NCBI GenBank assembly: GCA_050733015.1
Contig: JBOHSB010000025.1
Coordinates: forward strand, 1-50,612
DNA from: Gemmatimonadales bacterium
GTDB lineage: Bacteria; Gemmatimonadota; Gemmatimonadetes; Gemmatimonadales; GWC2-71-9
Reading direction: 5' to 3'
Length of the DNA stretch: 50,612 nucleotides
In this document: positions 1 through 7,903 of the stretch, one piece after another
Layout of the letters: the number at the start of each line of letters is the position of its first letter
How positions within the stretch are numbered: the first letter of the stretch is position 1
Position numbers and translations under genes: made by a program
Notes under the pieces: generated by a model
Database searches by the model: none
Seen by the model: only the letters and a program-made list of their open reading frames with translations
What the model was told of the DNA's origin: nothing

Positions 1-115
1 CCCCGCCGGCGCAGCCCCTGCCAGCGGTCCGGCCTCGCGCTCGCCATCGCCGGCATCGTCGCGCATATTCGAATCGTCACCGCCCTCACCAGCCGATCCT
101 TGTCGGGAGGCCGAC

Positions 116-1633
116 ATGGGTACTCCGACCAAGCTGTCGCACGTGCGCCGCCTCGCCGCCTCGCTCACGCTGGCCATCGCCGCCGCCCAGGGCGCGGCCG
201 CTCAGGACGCCGCCCAGGGCACCGCGGCCCAGTTCCAGGGCGTGGAGCGCTGGGACGGCGTGGCGAAGCTCGTTGTCGATATCAACCTGATGGGGGCCTC
301 CAAGCACCGCTCGAAGACCGTCAAGTTCAAGCTCGACAAGCATCGGGTGGACGGCACCACCGAGACCTGGCAGGGCAAGGTCAAGGGCAACACGAAGGAC
401 GAGGACAGCGCGGGCCCGTTCAGCGCCGACGTGGTCGGCGGCGGCGACGGCGACCTGACCCTGACGCTCGGCATGAACGGCGACGTCGCGCGGCTCGACG
501 TGCACACGGCCGCGAGCAAGCGCAAGATGAGGATGAAGGCCACGGGCGTGACGCTGCAGTCCATGGACGTCGCGCAGCCGGCGCGCGACACCCGCACCGA
601 GCTTCCCATCCCGGAGGACGCCGAAAGCCTGGTCTTCGGGGGCGATGCGGACAACGGAGGCGTTCGCGTGAAGAGCGTGGTGACGCTCACGCCGAACGAG
701 ATTCCGCTCAAGGCGGTCCTGACCGCCGGGTCCGCCGTCCGCGGGGCGAGGGCGATGCTCGATGGATCCAGGTCCAAGGGCCGCATCCGAACCTTCAAGT
801 GGACCCTGACGCCGCAGGGTTCCTCCGGCGCAAAGGCCACGACGTTCGAGACCCGCGAGCGCACGGTGCAGCTCGTGCTGCTGGAGGACGTAAAGGTGGA
901 CCTCGAGGTGAGCAACGGCCGGAAACGGTCCTCGACCTCCGGCACCGCGAAGGTGCGTCCCCGCCAATGGGCCACGAAGTTCGTGCAGAAGCGCGATGAC
1001 GGCGTGCTGGAAGGCGAGCGGCTGGTGTCGGAGGACGCCGTGCCGCTCGCGGTGAACCGGTTCGGGCAGGACGCCTGTGCCGTCGAAGGCCCGGGCTCCG
1101 GCCATGGGCTGCACACGACCAACCCGGTCACCTGGAAAAACGATCCAGGCGCGGGCTATATGATGCAGGCCGTCAGCGATCCGGACCGCCCGTTCGACGG
1201 CTACTGGTACGTGAAGGAGCAGGCATTGATCGTCGAGCGCCGGGCGCTGTTCAACCCCGATCTCATGCCCGGCTCGCCGCTGTTCGCGCAGAACGCCGCG
1301 AAGGGCACATCGGAGCCGTTCGGGCGCCTCGTCGCCTCGACCCGGGCGCACGAGTACATGCACGGCGAGCTGATGCGCCGCGAGCTGGCCCGCGACGATC
1401 CGGCCACGCGCATCGAGCGGCTGGTCGAGCCCGGCGAGGACGAGCTGGCCACCCGCGCCGATATGGAGATCCGCGAGACCGAGACGCGCCTCCAGGAGGG
1501 GGAGTTCCACGAGCAGGAGGTCCGGAGCGCCATGCAGAAGCAGTTCTCGAAGGGCGGCACCGTGTGGGTCCGGGACGGGCGCGGCGGGTTCGCGTCGTGG
1601 ACCATCGCGTCGTTCGCGGACAAGGCGAAGTAG
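116..1633 (+). CDS. hypothetical exported protein (505 aa) with an HExxH motif near the C-terminus
   Basis: Long ORF with GGGAGG a few nt upstream of the ATG. Signal-like N-terminus LAASLTLAIAAAQGAAAQ. HEYMH encoded at 1349-1363. No family recognised. Confidence 0.6.
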   Translation: MGTPTKLSHVRRLAASLTLAIAAAQGAAAQDAAQGTAAQFQGVERWDGVAKLVVDINLMGASKHRSKTVKFKLDKHRVDGTTETWQGKVKGNTKDEDSAGPFSADVVGGGDGDLTLTLGMNGDVARLDVHTAASKRKMRMKATGVTLQSMDVAQPARDTRTELPIPEDAESLVFGGDADNGGVRVKSVVTLTPNEIPLKAVLTAGSAVRGARAMLDGSRSKGRIRTFKWTLTPQGSSGAKATTFETRERTVQLVLLEDVKVDLEVSNGRKRSSTSGTAKVRPRQWATKFVQKRDDGVLEGERLVSEDAVPLAVNRFGQDACAVEGPGSGHGLHTTNPVTWKNDPGAGYMMQAVSDPDRPFDGYWYVKEQALIVERRALFNPDLMPGSPLFAQNAAKGTSEPFGRLVASTRAHEYMHGELMRRELARDDPATRIERLVEPGEDELATRADMEIRETETRLQEGEFHEQEVRSAMQKQFSKGGTVWVRDGRGGFASWTIASFADKAK

Positions 1634-1812
1634 GTGGTACCTGTCTCGCCGCGTCTCTGTGCCCTCTGTGCCCCTGTGGTAACCTGCCCGGCCCCGGCCG
1701 GCGGTTCAGTGCGGAGCAGCGATGATATCGCTGGCGTCCCGCCCCCCTCCGGGTTTACTTAACGCGGTCCCTATACCTCGGACCACCCAAAGTCGCTCGA
1801 TCAAGAGGCCCC

Positions 1813-4383
1813 ATGGGCGTGCCGGACGGCCTGCGCGATGCCCTCGCCGACCGCTACGTCGTCGAGCGCGAGCTCGGGCGCGGCGGCATGGCCACCGTCT
1901 ACCTCGCCCACGACCTCAAGCACGACCGGAAGGTCGCCGTCAAAGTTCTCAGGCCCGAGCTCGCCGCCGTCCTCGGCGCCGAGCGGTTCCTGGCCGAGAT
2001 CCGGGTCACCGCCAACCTCCAGCACCCCAACCTGCTCCCGCTGTTCGACTCGGGCGAAGCCGCCGCCCCCGCCGGCTCCGCCCCCGCCCGCTTCCTTTAC
2101 TACGTCATGCCCTACGTCGAAGGCGAGACCCTCCGCGCCCGGCTCGAGCGCGAGGGCCAGCTCCCGGTGGACGAGACCGTCCGCCTGGTGACCCTGCTCG
2201 GCAACGCCCTCGCCTACGCCCATGCCCACGGCGTGATCCACCGCGACCTCAAGCCCGACAACATCCTCCTCCAGTCCGGCCAGCCGGTGATCGCCGATTT
2301 CGGCATCGCGCTCGCCGTCGCCCAGGCCGGCGGCCCTCGCGTCACCGAGACCGGCCTCTCCCTCGGCACCCCGCACTACATGAGCCCCGAGCAGGCCGCG
2401 GCCGAGCGGGAGATCGACGCCCGGTCCGACCAGTACGCCCTCGCGGCCGTGACGTACGAGATGCTCTCGGGCGAGCCGCCCCATACCGGCCCCACGGCCC
2501 AGGCGGTCATCGCGCGGCTCATGACCGAGCCGGTCCGGAGCCTGCGCGCCACACGGCCCGGCGTGCCGGTCGAGGTGGATCGCGCGGTTGCGCGGGGGCT
2601 GGCCAAGTCGCGGGCGGACCGGTTCGGCTCGGTGGCGGAATTCGTCGCCGCGCTCACGGGGCCCGCCGATCCGGCCCAGGGTCGGCCGGGCCGGCGCGCG
2701 TCGCGCTGGCTGCTCCTCCCGGCCGCCGGCCTCGCGATCGCGCTGGCGGTATTCGGCATCGGCCGCCTGCGAGGCGCGGGTCACGCGGAGGGAGCCGGCC
2801 CAAGCGACAATCTCCGGGTGGTGGCGGTCCTCCCGTTCCGCAACCTCTCGCGGGACACCGCGCAGCAGTACTTCAGCGCCGGGATGACCGAGGAGATCGC
2901 CACCGAGCTCTCCCGCGTCGCCGCGCTGCGGGTGCTGAGCCGCGCCGCCACGGCGCAGTACGACACGGCGGGCGACCGGCTCGAGCGGATGTCGCGCGAG
3001 CTGGGCGTGGGCAGCGTCGTGGACGGCAGCGTGCGTCTGGCCGGCGACCGGGTCCGCATCGCCGTGGAGCTGACCAGCGTGCGGACCGGCCAGTCGCTCT
3101 GGTCGGAACAGTACGACCGGCAGCTCTCCGACCTGTTCGCGGTGCAGGACGACGTCGCGCAGAAAGTCTCGGCGGCGCTCGCGGCCAGGCTCACCCCCGC
3201 CGAGGCCAAGCGGATGGCCCATGCCCCGACCGCCAACATGGCGGCCTACCAGCTCTACCTGCGGGCCCAGGACCTGAGCCCCACGCAGCGCGCCGCGAAT
3301 CTGTCCCGCGCCGAGCTGCTGCGGCAGGCCATCGCGCTCGACTCGGGATTCGCCGACGCCTGGGCCCAGCTCGCGCGGAATCAAATGTTCCGGAGCGTGG
3401 CGGGCGAGCGGATCTACACCGACTCCGGGTTCATTGCCGCGCGCACGGCCGTGGCACTCGACCCCGAGCTGGCCGACGGCTGGTTCGCGCTTGGCGACCT
3501 GGAGAGCGTCGTCTTCAAGCTGTCCGATGCCCGGCGCGCCTACCTCAAGGCGCTGGAGCTGAACCCGAGCCACGGCGGCGCCATGGCCGACCTGGCCAAC
3601 GTGTACGTCGCGCTCGGACGCTTCGATGAGGCGCTGGACTGGTCCCTGCGCAATCAGCAGCTCAACCCCAACCAGTTCCATGCCCCCTACCACGTCGGCC
3701 TCGGCCTGATGCCGCTCGACGACGACTCGGTCACCGGCCGGTACCTGCTTGCTGCGGAGCAGCGCTTCCCGGACGAGCCCAGGATCCAGGTTCTGCTGGC
3801 GTGGCTAGACCTGAGGCGCGGGCTCAACCAGGCCGCCCTCGAGCGGATGCGGCGCATGGTGCAGAACAATCCCGACAACACCGAGGGCCCGCCGAACCTG
3901 GTCGAGCTGGCGGTAGTGGTGGAAGCCCCCGATGCCGAGCGGCTCATCGAGCCGCTGGCCCGGCAGGACCCCGAGGCGGCCGGGCAGATGTTTCCCGAGT
4001 CGCTCCGGTCGCTCTATGCCCTGACCCTGTACCGCCGGGGGGACACCCGTCGCGCCGCCGAGCTGTGGCAGGCCTCGACCGCGGCGGCGCACCGACACCT
4101 CGATGCCGGCGAGGAGAGCTACAACGCTCCGATGGAGCTGGCCGCGATCAGCGCCATCGAAGGCCACACCGACGCGGCCCTCGAATCGCTCGAGCGCGGC
4201 TACCGGGCCGGATGGAAGGACGCCCGGCTCCTCAATCTCGACCCCTTCTTCGCATCGGTGCGGCGGGAGCCGCGGTACCAGGCCCTGATCACGGCCATGA
4301 CGCAGGACGTGGCGGAGATGCGGAAGCGCGCGGCCGCCGCGCATCCGTCGCTGTTCGGCCGGCGTCCGGATCAGGCGTCCTGA
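1813..4383 (+). CDS. transmembrane Ser/Thr protein kinase with TolB-like and TPR sensor region
   Basis: Kinase motifs are present: GRGGMATVY, VAVKVL, HRDLKPDNILL, DFGIA, GTPHYMSPEQ. A TM segment (WLLLPAAGLAIALAVFGI) follows. Next come VAVLPFRNLSRD...FSAGMTEEI (TolB-like module) and C-terminal TPR-like repeats. Confidence 0.95.
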   Translation: MGVPDGLRDALADRYVVERELGRGGMATVYLAHDLKHDRKVAVKVLRPELAAVLGAERFLAEIRVTANLQHPNLLPLFDSGEAAAPAGSAPARFLYYVMPYVEGETLRARLEREGQLPVDETVRLVTLLGNALAYAHAHGVIHRDLKPDNILLQSGQPVIADFGIALAVAQAGGPRVTETGLSLGTPHYMSPEQAAAEREIDARSDQYALAAVTYEMLSGEPPHTGPTAQAVIARLMTEPVRSLRATRPGVPVEVDRAVARGLAKSRADRFGSVAEFVAALTGPADPAQGRPGRRASRWLLLPAAGLAIALAVFGIGRLRGAGHAEGAGPSDNLRVVAVLPFRNLSRDTAQQYFSAGMTEEIATELSRVAALRVLSRAATAQYDTAGDRLERMSRELGVGSVVDGSVRLAGDRVRIAVELTSVRTGQSLWSEQYDRQLSDLFAVQDDVAQKVSAALAARLTPAEAKRMAHAPTANMAAYQLYLRAQDLSPTQRAANLSRAELLRQAIALDSGFADAWAQLARNQMFRSVAGERIYTDSGFIAARTAVALDPELADGWFALGDLESVVFKLSDARRAYLKALELNPSHGGAMADLANVYVALGRFDEALDWSLRNQQLNPNQFHAPYHVGLGLMPLDDDSVTGRYLLAAEQRFPDEPRIQVLLAWLDLRRGLNQAALERMRRMVQNNPDNTEGPPNLVELAVVVEAPDAERLIEPLARQDPEAAGQMFPESLRSLYALTLYRRGDTRRAAELWQASTAAAHRHLDAGEESYNAPMELAAISAIEGHTDAALESLERGYRAGWKDARLLNLDPFFASVRREPRYQALITAMTQDVAEMRKRAAAAHPSLFGRRPDQAS

Positions 4384-4411
4384 AATACCGGTACGCCGAA
4401 CATCGTGCTCG

Positions 4412-4897
4412 CTATGACTTGGCCGTGAAGCTCACCTTGATGTTCACCGTGCCCATCGAGCCGTCCGCGTTCATGGAGGTCAGGCCCGTGCAGGCGTACT
4501 CGCCGGTGACCAGGTTGGCGGTGACCGTCGCCTTGCCCGAGCATTCGGACTTCTCCCCGGGCATGATCCCGCCGGTCGCAGTGAACTTGCCCTGACCGAC
4601 GATGATCCCGGTCTCCTTGGTCTCGCCATAGGTCACGAGCACGTTCGGCTCCGCCGACCCGGAGGCGCCGAACTGCAGCCAGGTCGACGTGCCGTCGCCG
4701 AAGCTCGCCTGCGTGTTGATCGGGATCTCCGACGATATCTTGGCGGCGCCGGTCACGGTCAGCTTAGCGCTGCCGCCGCTGTACGTGCGCCCGCTGATGG
4801 TGGGGAAGGTATCGGCCTGCGCGGCGGCAGGTGCGGCAACGAGGGACGCCACCAGACCGATGGCGACGACGAGGGGAAGGAGCGGAAGGCGGCGCAT
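4412..4897 (-). CDS. small secreted beta-rich hypothetical protein
   Basis: Sec signal MRRLPLLPLVVAIGLVASLVAAPAAAQA. Gly/Thr/Ser-rich mature part. Last gene of a same-strand run. Confidence 0.65.
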   Translation of the reverse strand: MRRLPLLPLVVAIGLVASLVAAPAAAQADTFPTISGRTYSGGSAKLTVTGAAKISSEIPINTQASFGDGTSTWLQFGASGSAEPNVLVTYGETKETGIIVGQGKFTATGGIMPGEKSECSGKATVTANLVTGEYACTGLTSMNADGSMGTVNIKVSFTAKS

Positions 4898-4955
4898 TGA
4901 ATGCTCCTGCTGAGGTCGGGAGTGAGGGTGCCAGGCCCGGCGCGGACCCGGGATC

Positions 4956-5564
4956 TCACATCCCGGCTCCCTTGAGCCGCGCCACGGTCAGCTCGAGGTC
5001 CTGTTTCCGGAGCTCCGCTGCCCTCGGGGTGAGCGCCGAGACCACGTCGGGCGGGACCCGGTCCTTCATCTGCTCCAGCTGGGCCGCGTTCCCGCGCGTC
5101 ATCTCGGCGCGCTGGTCGGGCGAAAGCTTCGTGGTGTCCAGGCCGCCCACCGACGGCGCCAGGTAGCTCGCCGCCTCTGACAACGTGGTGCGGACCAGGT
5201 TGTAGCGCTCCCGATCCACGCCGGCGGCCTGGGCCCCGGCCTCGAGCGTGTTCATGTCCTGCATGCCCGTCAGCGCGGTCATCGTGTCGTCCGCGGTCTT
5301 CGCCTGCTTGAGTCTGGCGACGGCTGTGTGCACGGCCTCGAGCTCCGCCGCCATGCCCTTGGCCCAGCGGTCGATGTCGGGGACGGTGACGGGCGTCTGC
5401 CCGGCGTCGCGGGACGCCTCCGCCGGAGCGGCGTCGGCGGGGACGGCTTCAGCGGCGGCGGTGTCCGCGGAGGCGGCGGGCTTGGTCTCGCGGGTACCGC
5501 AGCCGTACAGGGTGGCCACCAGCAGGCCGGCGGCGACGGTTGGAAGCAGGCGATCGAGCTTCAT
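4956..5564 (-). CDS. hypothetical lipoprotein; alternative upstream start at 5621
   Basis: MKLDRLLPTVAAGLLVATLYGC lipobox. GGAG lies 5 nt upstream of the 5564 ATG. The first 11 codons are duplicated 57 nt upstream in frame, so the start is ambiguous. Confidence 0.6.
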   Translation of the reverse strand: MKLDRLLPTVAAGLLVATLYGCGTRETKPAASADTAAAEAVPADAAPAEASRDAGQTPVTVPDIDRWAKGMAAELEAVHTAVARLKQAKTADDTMTALTGMQDMNTLEAGAQAAGVDRERYNLVRTTLSEAASYLAPSVGGLDTTKLSPDQRAEMTRGNAAQLEQMKDRVPPDVVSALTPRAAELRKQDLELTVARLKGAGM

Positions 5565-5623
5565 CGGGCTCCATTTCCTTTCAGGTGCGGCAACGGTCGG
5601 AAGCAGGCGATCGAGCATCATCG

Positions 5624-7816
5624 TCATATCCCCGCGCCCCCCCAAATTACTTCGACCCCCGCTTGTTCAAAGCGACGCATCATCCCCGTGATGAAGTTGT
5701 TGGCCTCCGCTTCACTGTAGAAATGGTGGAACTGTTCACGTGAGCGCAGCCCGTTCCCGGTTCGGAACGAGACGTTCACAGTGCCCGCATCCTTATCTCG
5801 AAGGATGTTTGCCTCGACGGTCGCCTGGTGCAGACCCTCGTCAGTCACGGCCATCGTCGCGCCATAGCGGGGATCGATCTCCCACCAAGCATAGCGTTTG
5901 GCCCCTGCGACTTGAATCGCCCGCGCCGGGGCGATCACGAGTTGGCCGGCGTCGAGCGACTCCTCGAGTCGGGCGCGGCCGTCCTCCGGCAGATCGTCTC
6001 CCAGGGCGGGGCCGCCCCGCGTGACCAACACCGGGGACACCTTCTGCGCGCTCGCGAGCTCGAACAACAGGCTCGTGCCGAACACCGCGTCATGCGGATC
6101 GGCGTTTGCCCCTCCCGCGGCCGCCCCCACGACAACTCGCTCGAGCGTGCCGTCGACGACCCCTCGAAGGACCTGAGCGAGAAACAGCTGCTCCTTCCGA
6201 AAGCCGGGATTGACGGCGCGCGCACGCTCCCGCCGCAGGTCGAGGCCGAGGTGGGGCCGCCCATTGACGGTGGTCAGCGCGACGATCGTCAACCGCGGCG
6301 TGTCGGGGTACAGGCGAGTGACGGCCCCTGAGCGGCCAACGATCCGGTTCGTCAGTGCGTCCGACACCGCAGTGTAGCCTAGGGCGACCCGGTGCAGGCC
6401 GGCGCCGATGTCGAAGCGATCCGGGCTTCCGTCCGGGCGGTCAACCAGGTGCATCAGGTGTACGGGGGCCACGGCACCGGTCGTAAAGAACAGGTCGTAC
6501 ACGTTCGTCGTGAACTCGGCAACGGGCAGGGAGCTCGCGGCCGCGGTGATCTGCGCATCGCTGAGCGCCACCCCGGCTTTGCGGCGATGCTTCCCGACAT
6601 GATCGAAGACGTCGCGGACTACCGTCTCGCCGCTCCCGTCCGGATTGGCGAAATCCAGCTCGATGGTCTCCGCCGTGACCGTGCCGGCGGCCTCTTCGGC
6701 GCTGCCACCGAGCGCATCGACCATCGATACGGAGGCGTTGCCTGCCGCCGGCGGCTGCAGCCAGAACCACTCGCCCTCGATCTTGGTCGGGCCGACGAGT
6801 AGGACCGGACGGAGCCGGTTGGCCTCCGCGCCCGTACCCGCCACGTGCCCGAGGAAGACGTCGGTGCCGGACAGGTCGGCTGCTCTGGCGGAGTACTTGA
6901 GGACCTCGCGCGTCGCCAACCCACCCGCGACCGCCTCCTCGATCCGAACGCGAAGCTCGATATGGTGGAAGATCCCGTCGGGGAGGATAGTGAGCCTCTC
7001 CGCGGGCTGCGCGAATACCTGGCCCGGAGCGGCGGTCGCAAAGGACGGGTCCAACGCGGTCCAGGACCGTCCGTCCGGCGAGGACTCGACCCAATAGTGG
7101 TCCCGCGCCTCCTGGGCGAGGGACTGCAGCGAGACCGGCAGTCCGCTTTGAACCGGACGGCCGGCCCGCTGCAGCAGGTCCACGACGAGCCTCCCATCGC
7201 GCTGGACGGCCGCCATGAACTGCTCGGTGGCGGCGCGGGCGTCGGGCGACGCCCCATCGTCGGTCTGAGCGGCAGGCGATGCGCGGGGGGCCCACATCGA
7301 GGCGACCAGCCGCTCGGCATCCGGCTCGGGCAGCGTGCCGCGGACGAACCTGACCCGCTGGCCCGAGCTCGCGAGCATGGCGGCGAGGAGAGCGGCGCGG
7401 TCGACGGAATTGCCCGCCATGGCCAGCAGCGTGCCGCGCGAACCGCGCAACGCGCCCTTGTATGCCTCGAACGCGACCTCGTCGCGCACGTACGTGAAGA
7501 TCCGCGACGGGTCGCGTCCGAGCGCGGCGGCAACATGCGCCGGAGCGACATGCGACAGGTCGAGCGTGCGCGGTACCGGCAGCTTCAGCGCGTCCACGGC
7601 CGCGCGACGCAAGCCTGGCCCGTCAGCGCCGAGGGTGAGGATCGAGTCCGGTATCGGCGGCTGAGCGGGGGCCGCCGCGGTCGGCGCCGCGGTCGGCGCC
7701 GCCATCAATGCCGAGTCGGCCGGCGCCGCCGCTGAATCGGCGCGCGGTGACTTGCTCGACGGCTTGCAGGCCGCACTGGCCCACCCAGCCGCCATCACGA
7801 GAGCGAGATACTTCAT
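5624..7816 (-). CDS. transglutaminase-fold lipoprotein with Ser at the nucleophile position
   Basis: Lipoprotein signal MKYLALVMAAGWASAAC. Core motifs are GNSVDRAALLAAMLASSGQRVRFV, then DHYWVE and WTALDP (TGase-like His and Asp). The ORF extends to 7864, but the canonical signal starts at 7816. Confidence 0.75.
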   Translation of the reverse strand: MKYLALVMAAGWASAACKPSSKSPRADSAAAPADSALMAAPTAAPTAAAPAQPPIPDSILTLGADGPGLRRAAVDALKLPVPRTLDLSHVAPAHVAAALGRDPSRIFTYVRDEVAFEAYKGALRGSRGTLLAMAGNSVDRAALLAAMLASSGQRVRFVRGTLPEPDAERLVASMWAPRASPAAQTDDGASPDARAATEQFMAAVQRDGRLVVDLLQRAGRPVQSGLPVSLQSLAQEARDHYWVESSPDGRSWTALDPSFATAAPGQVFAQPAERLTILPDGIFHHIELRVRIEEAVAGGLATREVLKYSARAADLSGTDVFLGHVAGTGAEANRLRPVLLVGPTKIEGEWFWLQPPAAGNASVSMVDALGGSAEEAAGTVTAETIELDFANPDGSGETVVRDVFDHVGKHRRKAGVALSDAQITAAASSLPVAEFTTNVYDLFFTTGAVAPVHLMHLVDRPDGSPDRFDIGAGLHRVALGYTAVSDALTNRIVGRSGAVTRLYPDTPRLTIVALTTVNGRPHLGLDLRRERARAVNPGFRKEQLFLAQVLRGVVDGTLERVVVGAAAGGANADPHDAVFGTSLLFELASAQKVSPVLVTRGGPALGDDLPEDGRARLEESLDAGQLVIAPARAIQVAGAKRYAWWEIDPRYGATMAVTDEGLHQATVEANILRDKDAGTVNVSFRTGNGLRSREQFHHFYSEAEANNFITGMMRRFEQAGVEVIWGGAGI

Positions 7817-7903
7817 CCGATCACGCGACCACATGTCGCACCCCCTGGGGTCTGCCCGTGGCATCTCCGGCCGTCGTTTCGGTCACGAGGTTCCTGCTGG
7901 CGC

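Noticed and set aside
1-66. Possible minus-strand gene start (ATGCGCGAC...) running off the left edge
   Set aside because: Only 22 codons are visible and there are no motifs, so it cannot be supported.
86-1510. 474-aa minus-strand ORF (and 100-999, 202-1131) overlapping the 116-1633 gene
   Set aside because: These are Arg/Gly/Ala/Pro-rich shadow ORFs typical of GC-rich DNA. They have no signal, motif or RBS. The plus-strand frame has an RBS and a signal peptide.
1722-3693. 635-aa (+) and 630-aa (-) ORFs overlapping the kinase gene
   Set aside because: They have extreme Arg/Pro composition and no motifs. The kinase frame carries every Hanks motif, so these are out-of-frame or antisense artefacts.
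7672-7695. Tandem 12-bp repeat GCCGCGGTCGGC x2
   Set aside because: It lies inside the coding region and simply encodes the APTAAPTAA low-complexity linker after the lipobox. This is ordinary linker expansion.
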